Source: a virus. From it: a DNA stretch of 64,000 nt. Below are positions 37,606 to 48,119 of this stretch, piece by piece; the stretch's first letter is position 1; each line of letters opens with the position of its first letter. The notes below the pieces were generated by a model. That model saw only the letters and a program-made list of their open reading frames with translations, had not been told where the DNA came from and made no database searches. Where the stretch lies: positions 62,256 through 126,255 of the IMG/VR virus record IMGVR_UViG_3300047409_000574. One strand, 5' to 3'. The translations under genes were made by a program, and so were the position numbers.

Positions 37606-40093
37606 AGCGCGGGCATGCCCGCAAGCTGATCGTGGACACGCATGCGGTCTACCGGCGCGACAACACCGGCGGGCCGGTCGAGTTGCCGATCGCGGGGCTG
37701 TGGTGTCTGGGCGAGTTCGAGAACCGGCTGCTGATCCGTTGCGAGCACACGCGGGTGACGCTGGGTGGCACGAACCGGCTGGAGCATCCGATCGTGGCGT
37801 GTCTGGTCTGCGGGTTCGGCGGCTACGTGGCGTCGGCGACCTCGTTCCCGCCGCGCATCTTCTTCCTGCTGGATGAGACGCTGTTGGATTGGCTGGTCGA
37901 GGGGCCAGCCGGGCATGCGGGGGTGTGATGGCGACCGAGACGCATATCGCCGGGCTGCAACTGACGGTCAAGCACCGGTTCCTACTCCAGAGGTGCGCGT
38001 GGTGCGGGGCGACGATGCTCGCCTACGACCTGACGCGGGTCGCGGTTCAAGACAAGCCGGACGGTTCCCCCGGCGAGCAGCCGGGTCTGTTCCCGCCCGG
38101 CAGGCTCGTGCGCTTCTCCTACGACGGGCTGGTCGCGCGCTTCGGCGAGGTCGGTCTCTCGCGCACGTCGATGGAGGTACTCGACGATGACGAGATGCTG
38201 CCGGACGACTGCTGCACGGAGCACATTCCGTTCGAGGGCGATGATGGTTGACTGGGGCGAGGTTGGCTATTACGACACGGCGACCGGGCAGTCGTTCTGG
38301 TTCGAGGCGGTTCCGAAGGCGGTCGTGAAGGCTCCGGTGTTGTCTGCTCGCGCGTGGGCGCGGATCAGGCTGGCGGGGCTGAACGCATCGCCGGTCGAGG
38401 CGAGGCCGATGCCTCGCCTGCGGGTGCGGGCCTGTGCGCCGGTGCCGCTGATTCGTCGGCCGGTGCGTGGGCATGTCGGTTGGTTCCGGCGGGGGACGCG
38501 TCGGCCGCTACGAGGGGGAGGGTGTGATGGACGAGACGATCGAGTGGTCGGATCGCTACGGCGACGCGGGCGCACCGAGTTTGCTGGTGGGCTGCCTGGG
38601 TGACTGTGAGGCGACGGGCTGGGTGCCGATCTTCGTGGCGGTCGGCCCGGCGCGTGACGATGAGGCGAGGCCGAGCGAGGAACTCGACGACAAGCTGGTG
38701 GCGCTCTGGCGGGAGGCGGAGGCGAAGGAGCCGAGCGATGACGGCTGGCACTTCGTGCGCTGCCCGGAGTGTGGGGGCACGGGCCGTGCGCCGTGGCGGT
38801 TGCGGCTGACCCGGAACTTGCCCCGCTGGGTGGCGAACAAGGCGAGCTTCGCGCGCCACCACGTGTTCGTGTGGCCGTACTCGGACGAGCAGGCGGAGCT
38901 TGCGCGGGTGTGGCAGGAGGCGCACGTCGAGCCTCTCGACGAGACTGCCGAGGGGCCGTGGTGTCCGTACCGGACTGCGTACGCTGACCGGCTCGACGTG
39001 GAGCATCCTTACCTCTGGAATCGCAAGCTCGCGTTGCGGGTGCTGTTGGGCCGGGTGCGATGAGCGTCGTGGTGGAGGCGGAGTTCGAGTCGAAGTGTCC
39101 GGCGTGCGGTGACACGATTCATGTGGGCGATGAGATCGTGGCGGACGTGGATGGCGAGTTCGTGCATCTCGATTGCGAGGACGGATGAGCAGGAAGGGGT
39201 CGAAGGGGTCGAATGGTGCTGCTGCGAAGAACGCCGCTGTGCGTCGGGCGGAGCGTGCGGGCATCCGGCTCGACATGATTCAGACGCACGATCCAGGTGT
39301 CGGCACGTCTCCGGCGTCGCTCGGGCTGGTGAAGATGCAGTCGGAGGAGGCCCGCTTGCAGACGTGCCCAGAGTGCGGTTCGTCAGGCGGCCGTCACATG
39401 AGAGTGTGTTCGCGACAGTGAGCAGCGTGCACGAGATGGTCGAGCGGTTCGGCGGCTATCCGCAGCCGAAGCCGGAGACGCGTGTGATCGAGGTTGAAGT
39501 TCGCGAGACGCAGAACGGCTGCGTCACCTGTTCGGGCACGGGGAAGGTGCCCGGCGGGACGGCGTGGGAGAAGCCGGGGTTCATCGCGTGTCCTGCGTGC
39601 GGATGGTCGGACGGATGAGCGGCGCGCTGGTGGACGGCGGCCCGCTGGAAGGCGCGTTGAATCTGGATGCGCTCGGCAACCTGGGCGTGGTCGAGCGGAT
39701 CGTGCTCACGCATGTGAGGTGCGCGTGCGAGTGGTGCAACGGCTTCTACCGGGTCGAGCACCACTACCGCCGGAATGAGGACGGGGTGTTCGAGTATGTC
39801 GGGGCGCTGGTCGTGTGAGCGGGGCGGTTTGGAAGGCGGTGCTCGGCTCGCCGGATTCGGAGTACGTTGCGCGCGCGCTGGTGGAGGAGCCTGCGGAGGT
39901 GTTGAGCTTCGGCGCGCAGGATGGAGAGATCGTTTTGTGGTATCTGCCCGGCGACGGCTACCGGGGGGTCAGGTACTACCTGGTCGTGAACACCGGCACC
40001 GAGTTCGACGTGGCGCGCGTCAAACGGCATCTTGCGACGGTGACCTCTGAGACCGGGGTCGTCTGGCATATCTTCGAGTTGGAGACGAAGTGA
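37602..40093 (+). other. Small hypothetical genes, several with zinc-ribbon motifs (37602-37928, 37928-38251, 38527-39063, 39815-40093 and others)
   Basis: Coupled ORFs with CxxC and CxxCxGxG motifs. Confidence 0.5.
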
Positions 40094-40677
40094 GCGCGGT
40101 GTTCTCTCCGTGCCGGACGTGGCGCTACACGCTCCAGCGCGGACTGCACGATCGGATGACGAACTGGGTGACGGCTTCGCATGGCATGACGCGCACGGTG
40201 GCGTTCATCGGCCTCAACCCGTCAACCGCCGATGAGACCGACGACGATCCGACGGTGCGCCGGTGTCTGGGCTTTGCTCGGAAGTGGGGCTACGACGAGA
40301 TGGTGATGCTCAACCTGTTCGCGTTGCGCTCGACCGACCCGAAGGCGCTGTACGTGGCGCTCGACCCGATCGGCCCGGAGAACGACCTGCACGTGCTGAT
40401 GCAGGCGAAGTGTGCCGACCTGGTGGTCTGCGCGTGGGGGGTGCTCGGAGGGTTCCAGCCGCGCGGGAAGTACGAGCCGCGCGGCCGGGAGGTGGAGGCG
40501 ATTCTGCGCGAGAACCGGGTTGTTCTGCATGTGCTGCGACTGACGAAGGGCGGGCATCCGGGCCACGTGCTCTATCTGCCGGGCGACCTGGAGCCGGTGC
40601 CGTGGGAAGGCCCGGCGGGATCGTCGGGCTGCGGCACCCTCGTTGTCCCGCCGGACGGAGAGCAGGGTACGCCATGA
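40090..40677 (+). CDS. DUF1643 family protein
   Basis: FIGLNPSTAD..DDPTVRRC..NLFALRSTDP..VCAWG..HPGHVLY. Confidence 0.9.
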   Translation: MSAVFSPCRTWRYTLQRGLHDRMTNWVTASHGMTRTVAFIGLNPSTADETDDDPTVRRCLGFARKWGYDEMVMLNLFALRSTDPKALYVALDPIGPENDLHVLMQAKCADLVVCAWGVLGGFQPRGKYEPRGREVEAILRENRVVLHVLRLTKGGHPGHVLYLPGDLEPVPWEGPAGSSGCGTLVVPPDGEQGTP

Positions 40678-41162
40678 GCATCCGGTCGGTGTCGCATGAC
40701 GCGGTCGGTGGCTGGCGGGAGCGCGGCTACAACGATGCGCTGGCGCGACGCGAGAAGCATGCGCCGACGGCGCTGGGTGACGGGGGCAAGTCGAGGAGCG
40801 CGTATCTGGAGGGTTACCGGCGCGGGCTGGAGCAACTGGAGGAGGACAAGCGGTTGTGATCGGCTACGCGGCGAGGGAGTGCTTCACACCGGCTGATCTG
40901 ACGGCGTACGTGCGGGCGCGAGCGATGGTGAAGATGATGCCGGAGGGCCACACCTGCCATGAGGTTGCGGCGGCGGTCGGTTCGGTGCTCGGGCTGTCGC
41001 CGGTGAAGGGAACCTACGGTGGCTTCGATCACTCGTGGCTGGTGTTGCCGTCCGGGCATGTCCTGGATGTGTACGCGCCGGGCCGGTTGCCGCCGGTGCA
41101 GCTTGTGCATGTGGGCGCGTACGCGTTGCCGGAGTCGGGCCTGTACGTGCCAGACACGTAGC

Positions 41163-41218
41163 TTGCGAGCGCCATCAACGTTTGCTACAGTGGGCGGACA
41201 CCCGACCAGGAGGAACTC
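41163..41218 (+). promoter_or_regulatory. Partial cassette copy (promoter and SD, hairpin missing)
   Basis: TTGCGA-17 nt-TACAGT with GCCATCAACGTTTGC in the spacer; GACCAGGAGG before the ATG at 41219. Confidence 0.7.
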
Positions 41219-42576
41219 ATGGCGATTGCCGAGCACGACCAGAGTGCGGAGGCGAGTGCGGAGGCGGTGCCGGTCTGCGGACATGTCGCGTCCGGCAACG
41301 GGTTCGTGTACGTGTGTGACAAGCGGGCCGGGCACACCGGCTGGCACGAGCAGCGCATGCAGCTTCGAGATGGTGTCGAGCGCACGAACTGGGGCAGCGA
41401 TGGCCTGGCGATGCACGCGTCCGCCGACCGGTTCAAGCCGGGCTTCTGATGGCCCGTCTGTTCCCGATCGAGAAGCGCGTCGAGTTCTTCGAGGACGACC
41501 ACGAGCGGACGTGGGTCGGCACGATGTGGCGTCCCGCGAGTTCCGGGGAGGTGGATGCGCACCGGGCGTCGGCGGACGCCATGATGCGCGTCTCGACGGA
41601 CGGCTCGGCTCGTGCCGGTGTGACGACCCTGACCACCACGAGATGAGCGAATGGGGCTATGCGTGGGACGACTCGGGGGTGTGGAAGTGAGCGGCTTCGA
41701 CAAGTGGGTGCGCTGGCACGACGGGACGCTGCGCAACGAGTTGGGCAACATCGCGATCACACGGGTGCAGGAGCGCAAGCGCGACAAGCCGCGCTGGCGG
41801 GTCGATGGGTGGCGGAACGAGCGCGTGCCCGAGTTCCCGGATGATGTGGCAGAGGGCTGGAAGCGTGTTCAGTTCACGCTGGGCGAGTTTGACACGCTGC
41901 GGCGTGCGAAGTCTGCGGTCGAGATGCACTTCCGCTCTCGGGACGGCGGCAAGCCGCGCGGGACACGGTCGGACTGGAGGAAGGTCGAGCGGGAGCTTCG
42001 TGAGCGGATTGACCTGCTCGCCTACCAGGTGCGGGAGGGCTTCTGGGAGGACGTGCTCGTGGGGCACCGGCCGGAGTTCGGGGAGTTTGGCTGGGAGTTG
42101 TATGTCACCGAGAACGACATGGAGCTTGAGCTTCGCGATCTGGCGGAGAACTTGTTGAGCGTGGCCGAGTCCGGCCGGGCGCGCCGGTCTCTGGAGGCGA
42201 GGATCGCGAAGCTGGAGAGTGTGGAGGGTCGGACGCCGGAGGAGGCTGCGTTGTATCTGGCGAAGGCGGCGGAGCTTCGTGGGGCGGCGACGTGACGGTT
42301 TCGCGGAGGATGCGTGAGAGGCAGAGGAACGCGGCTCGCACCGCGCGCTACGAGCTACTCACGTCGATTCGTTACCGGCGCGAGCGCGGGACGACTCCGC
42401 GGGCGGAGGATGTGGAGTTTTTGCTGGCCCAGCACGACGGGTTGCGGGCGGCGTTGATCGAGGCGGAGTGGAAGCTGCGCGAGTCGAAGCCGCACCGTGA
42501 CACGTTGTTGCCGTGCAACTCGGAGTTCGTGATGGGTGTGGTCGCCGACGACATAGCGAAGGCGCTGGCGGGGTGA
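41219..42576 (+). other. Small hypothetical genes (41219-41449, 41449-41646, about 41687-42295, 42292-42576)
   Basis: Coupled ORFs after the partial cassette. Confidence 0.55.
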
Positions 42577-42848
42577 CGACGTTTCCGTTCGATCCCGACT
42601 GGGTGGTTGCGCCGGGGGAGACGCTCAAGGACTGGTTCAAGGCGACCGGCCTGCCGCTCTCGGTGGCGCAGTTGCATGGCATCGAGGCGACGACGATCGA
42701 CCGGCTGTTCGAGGGGGTGGAGCCGATCACGCCGGAGCTTGCGCAGAAGCTCTGCAACCTGACACATGTCGGCGCGCCCTTCTGGCTTTCGTACGAGCAC
42801 AATTATCGGGTCGGGCTGGCGGCCGGGAAGAAGCGTGTCGGATGTTGA
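42573..42848 (+). CDS. HigA/VapI-like XRE helix-turn-helix protein (orphan antitoxin-like)
   Basis: PDWVVAPGETL..LFEGVEPITPELAQKL..FWLSYEHNYR. Confidence 0.8.
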   Translation: MTTFPFDPDWVVAPGETLKDWFKATGLPLSVAQLHGIEATTIDRLFEGVEPITPELAQKLCNLTHVGAPFWLSYEHNYRVGLAAGKKRVGC

Positions 42849-44321
42849 AGATGGTCTCGACGCAGAAGAACGGCCGCAAGCTGGTGATGCTCGGACTCGA
42901 CCGGGCGAACGTGGATCGTCTGGTGGGCGGCAAGCCGATCCGGCTGGACGGCAAGGAGGTTGGTATCGACGTGGGTGTGGCGTTGCTGTTCGGCGAGACG
43001 TACATGGCGTTGGCAGCGGAGCTTCGCGCGGCCGGGCTTGAGGTGCCGCACTTCCAGGAGCCGAAGCCTTGACGCTGGTCTGGCCGGGGCCGTCCGTGAA
43101 CGCGACGTGTGTGTCGCTGGTGCCGTCGAAGCCGACCGGGGATCAGCGGCCGTCGTGTCGGGTGGTGCTTACGCATCGCCGGACGGGCCTGCGGGTGAGC
43201 GCGGCGGGCCGGGTGCCCCGGTCGGCGTACGGGTTCGCGCTGGAGCATCTGTCGGCGCTCGTGCGGGCGTACGAGGTGTTGGACTTGCAGACGCCGTTGG
43301 AGCGCCAGGCGGGGGTCATGTCGCGGGTGCCAGTCTCGTGAGCCGGGTGAACGTCGCGGACGAGACTGGCGTGCGCGTGATGGCGGAGCGCTGCCTGACT
43401 TGTATTTTCCATCCGGGCAACCTGATGGATTTGCGGTCGGGTCGGGTGAAGGGGATGTTGGCGGAGGTGCGCCGGACGGAGGGCTGCATCCCGTGCCATG
43501 AGACGCTCGACGACGACATGCAGGCTGTTTGCTTCGGGCAGTTCTCGGTGCTCAAGACGCAGCCGTTGCAGATCGCGGAGCGGCTCGACAGGATCGTGTG
43601 GCACACGCGTGGCTGAGATCGAGAGTGACGACGGGGTGCGGCTGGTGGTGCGGGCGTCGTCGTACCGGCGGATCAGGCTGGGGATGATCGACAGCAAGCG
43701 GGTGTTGCCGTTGCATGCGCGGGATCACTACGGGTGCGAGTTGACGGTGGAGGAGGCGCAGGAGTTGCGGGAGGCGCTCGACGCGGTAATCGGGGAGGTG
43801 CTCGATGGGTGAGGGTCTGCTGGCGCGGGTGAGGTCGGACGTTGGGGACACCGGCTACATGCCGATTGAGGATGCCCGCTCGCGCGCCCGTGAGATTCGA
43901 CGGCGAGGTGCGCGTAACCTCATCCATGTTCATGCGTCGGTTGAGGTGAGACGGCCGACGGTCGAGGGCTTCAACGATCTCGTGCGCCGGTCTGATGTGG
44001 TGGCGTGGCTGGACGCGTTCCAGGCGGAGTTGGGAGCGAACGAGATGCTGGAGGAGTCGGCGGGTGTCCAGCAGGCGCTCGAAGCGTTCATGGCGGAGTC
44101 CGTTGGCTGACCGGCCGCTGACCGAGAGGCAGACGTGGGCGCTGCGTTACGCGTCCCGGCACGGCCAGTGGAGGATCGGGGGCCGGGGCGGGATGGCGGT
44201 CGCCCGTGGGTTGGAGGGCCGGGGGCTGGCGCGGGTGACGTTTGACTATGGGGGGAACAAGCTGGTGTTGACGCAGGCGGGGTGGCGGTATGTGCAGGAG
44301 CACCGGCTCTCCCTGACGTGA
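42842..44321 (+). other. Small hypothetical genes (42842-43072, 43069-43341, 43338-43616, 43609-43812, 43805-44110 and one ending at 44321)
   Basis: Coupled ORFs; one has CLTCIF..IPCH..VCFG. Confidence 0.5.
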
Positions 44322-44324
44322 GGG

Positions 44325-44403
44325 AAGCAGAGTTTGCTAGGCCGTGCTACAGTGAGGGCGAACCCGGTAGACCGCCGGGTGTGTGTAGACCGGGAGGTAG
44401 TAG
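44325..44403 (+). promoter_or_regulatory. Promoter-hairpin-SD cassette, copy 3
   Basis: AAGCAGAGTTTGC-N10-TACAGT; stem ACCCGG/CCGGGT; loop TAGACCG; GTGTGTAGACC; GGAGGTAG; ATG at 44404. Confidence 0.85.
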
Positions 44404-47108
44404 ATGACGACTAAGACCGTGACGAAGCTCAAGCTGTTCTCGTGGCTCGGCTTGCTGCCGCGAGACTTCGAGGTGCCGAAGGGCGAGCGGCATCACGTGC
44501 AGGTCTCGTGCTGGGTGGCGCTGCCGTCTCAGGCGGCGTTCATGCGGCTGACTGACTCGCCACGATCGTTTCTGCCCTACGTGAGCATCATGGACGGCGA
44601 CCGCGATCCGGCGAACCCTGGCGCGAAGCTCGCGCTCGCGAATCCCGGCACGGTCTACATGCACGATGTGTTCAATCACACGCCGGGCGAGAACGTCTGG
44701 CTGGTGCATCCGTTCAACGGAAGCTCTCACGAGGTGCAGCGATGATCTACTCGGTCACGTTCGAGGTTGGCGACGACCAGGTCGTAGCAGTCGCAATCGC
44801 GCGAGGGGTTGCGAAGCAGTTTGCGACCGAGGTGACGGTCACGAAGGACGATCACGGCAACTCGGTGTTTGTCGAACGGGTGAAGCCGTGACGCAGCCGA
44901 AGCTCGTGATCGAGATTGCGCTCGGCAACGATGCGATGGTGACTCCGGCGAACGCGCAGTCCGCGATCCTGGCGGCGTTCGGTGCGCAAACGGCGCTGTT
45001 CGAGTTGTTCGAGTTGGGGCACGCCGGTGCGATCAACGATGTGAACGGGAACTACGTGGGCGCGTGGAAGGTGGTCGAGTCCTGATGGCGAAGATCAGCC
45101 GCGTCACGAAGATCGGCTCATACGGTCACGCGGACAGCGTCGAGCGGTTTGAGTACGACGAGTCTCAGGCGTCTCTTTCGCATATCGACCGCCATTCAGC
45201 GTTTGTCGGCGACTGCTTCATCTTGAAGCTGCGCTCACCGGCGAAGCACGTTCTCATGCAGGCGGCGGCGGTCACGGTGATCTCGCCGAACCACGGGTGG
45301 GTAGAGGGCTTCGTCGAGGTGGATGCCGACGGCGGGGCGCTCGACGACCTGGAGGACGAGCACACCGGTGTGTTCGGCCGGGAGATGTGGACGTGGTATT
45401 CGTGAAAGACGGGAGGCTGCCAGCGCAGCACGTCACGAGTTGGGGCACGCCGGTGCGATCAACGATGCGTGCGCGCAAGGTGCCGACCGGGCCGCTGTCG
45501 GAGCGCATGGAGAAGGTGCTCGTGGCCCTGCTCGTGCACGACCCGGAGAATCGTGGACTGACGAACAACCGCATCGGGCACTTGATCGGCTTCCGAACTG
45601 GCAGCGATCGGCTCGCGCACGACGGGCGGATGATGGGCGCGGCGAACCGGGTCAACGCGTGTGTGATGGGCCTGGAGCGTCGCGGACTTGTGTGCTTCGC
45701 GCGCCGTAGGGATGGACTGTCGGGCACGGCCTACCGGTTGACGCCGGAGGGACTCATCGAAGCAAGGAGGATCAAGAGCATGGAGTTGCCAGAGGGCTAC
45801 CGCACGGGTGCGGAGAATCCCGACTTGGCCGACGTGGTCGCGGTCTGGCTGGAGGAGGGCTACACGCCGGAGGACGGGTTCGAGGACTTGAACCTGGAGC
45901 CGGTGCGCGCGGGCGATCTCGACTTCCTGCCGGGCAACAACGTGGAGGTCGAGGAGGAGCACGAGATGTATCCCGGCGAGCCGGGCGTGGTCAAGGCGGC
46001 CGGGAAGGGTACGGGCTTGCATGGCGGCGAGATTGTCTACGACGTGCTGATCGAGGGCACCTCGCACGCGGAGCGGTTCACCGCTCAGGACTTGACCGGC
46101 TGATGGCGACCCACACTCATCCGGCGGATGTCCGCGAGCACGGTTTGCAGGACGACTGCGAGCGCTGCGAGGAGATGGCGAAGCAGCCGTTCGAGACGCT
46201 CGACGACGACAACCTGACGGTGCTGATTGGACGCACGAAGTCGTGGATGGCGGATGAGTCGGGTGTGTTTCCGCGCTCGACGAACGAGGCGGTGGCGATG
46301 CGGGTGGTCGAGTCGGCGATCAGGTCGGCGCGGACGATCGACCGGCTGGAGGCGCTCTGATGGGCGCGCCTATTGCCAGGATGGTCAAGGCTGAACGGTG
46401 GATCGAGGACGCGACGGGCCGGGAGGTGGAGGTGGTCGCGCGCGAGCGGTCGATCGACGGCGACACGTTCTACTGTTACCTGGCCCCGCTCGGGAATGAG
46501 GCGCTGCTCAACTGTCAAATGCCGAGCAAGAGGTTCGAGCGGCGCTTCACGAAGGCGGCGACCGGCGAGGTGAAGTGGCATTTGACGACGCGCCCGTGGA
46601 GTTTCGGCTACGAGGACGGCGAGCACTTCGGCGAGCATCTCAGGGCGATCCGCGAGGAGCTTGGCTTCGAGACCACGGAGGAGTTCTCGGCCTGGCTGTA
46701 CGTGGAGGGCAAGCGTCGATACGGCCCTAACTACAACCCGAACTTGGATGTGCCGCCGGTGTTGCTCGATGCGTTCGAGTTCCCGGCGCTCGGGGCGGAG
46801 TCGGCGTCCATCGTGATCGAGACGGTCGCGCAGGCGCTCGGCGTGTCGCCTGGGACTTTGCTGGACGAACTATGGTTGCGCTGTTCGGGCTACAGCGATG
46901 GCGGCGACCCGCCGCCGGAGGAGGACTGATGGTGTACGTGTTGCGGGAGACTGACGCGCCGGTGCGCGTGGTCGTCGATCGCCGCGAGGGCGGCTACGTC
47001 TACTACCGCCATGTGGGCGGGGCGGCGAGCACGACGGCGCGGCTGACTGAGGCGAAGTTCGCCGAGACGTTCATCGACGAGGCGCTGCTTCGGCTGGAGG
47101 AAGTGTGA
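44404..47108 (+). other. Operon of small hypothetical genes (44404-44745, 44888-45085, 45085-45405, 45402-46103, 46103-46360, 46360-46929, 46929-47108)
   Basis: Coupled ORFs after cassette copy 3. Confidence 0.6.
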
Positions 47109-47785
47109 TCGGCTCGGACTTTCAGGTGGTCTACAACGCGACCCGCAACGACTCGCCGTTGCATCTGCTTCGGCGGGGCGGCTTGCGGGTTGCGGTGTGC
47201 GGGGAGCCGCTCGGGCCGTGGGGTCAGTTCCGGGTGAAGGACGAGTTCGGCGTCAAGGACGATCCGGCGGCGTCGTGTCTGCCGTGCCTGGTCAGGCATG
47301 CGGCCCGGCTCGCGATGATCGTGCACGGCAAGCAGATCGACCAGGACGGCAAGCCGCACATCGAGCATGTGAAGCGGGTCGCGACTTCGCTGGAGGGCGA
47401 CGACGAGGCGGTTGTGGTGGCGTTGCTGCACGACGTGGTCGAGGACTCGCAGGGGGTGACGTTCGAGACGTTGCGGATCGAGCACTTCCCGAAGGTGCTG
47501 GTCGAGGCGGTCTGGCTGCTCACGCGCGGGCAGGCGGAGAGCGCCGACACCTATCTGCCGAACATCTGCCGGGCGTCCAGCCGGGAGGGCACGCTCGCCC
47601 GCCGGGTGAAGCTCGCGGATGCGCTGGACAACTTCCGCCGGTCGAAGGGTGATCCGGTGCGCGAGCCGCGCTACCGGGGCTATGTGCGCGAGGTGCTCGA
47701 CGCGATGGTGCTGGCGCTGGAGGCGACTGCGCCGTTCGCGAATCAGATTTGGGACGAGTTGCGCGGGGAGACGGCGGTCGCGTGA
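47105..47785 (+). CDS. HD-domain RelA/SpoT-type hydrolase (small alarmone hydrolase-like) with N-terminal Cys/His motif
   Basis: HGKQIDQDGKPHIEHVKRVA..ALLHDVVED..LLTR..VKLADALDN. Confidence 0.85.
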   Translation: MIGSDFQVVYNATRNDSPLHLLRRGGLRVAVCGEPLGPWGQFRVKDEFGVKDDPAASCLPCLVRHAARLAMIVHGKQIDQDGKPHIEHVKRVATSLEGDDEAVVVALLHDVVEDSQGVTFETLRIEHFPKVLVEAVWLLTRGQAESADTYLPNICRASSREGTLARRVKLADALDNFRRSKGDPVREPRYRGYVREVLDAMVLALEATAPFANQIWDELRGETAVA

Positions 47786-48119
47786 CGAAGGTCGTGTATT
47801 TCTGCGGCGGCGAGCGGCAGGAGGGCTGGGCGAACAAGCTCGGGTTCTCGTGGTGCCCGAAGTGCGGCAAGTCGCTTCGGGTCGTGCTGCCGTGACTTGG
47901 TTCCCGATCGTGGGCGCGGTGGTGCTGTACGCGCTGTTCATGCTGGCCGCTGGCATCCCGGCGGGGGGCGGCGTGCTGGCCGGGGTCGTGCTCGGCGCGG
48001 TGGTGCTCGCCGCGATTCTGGAGCATCGTCAACAGGGCTGATAAGCGGCGTCCTGGGCAGACTTTCAGCCTGGGCGTTACGCTTACCCATCGTGACCGGA
48101 CGCTGACCCAGGGAGCCGT

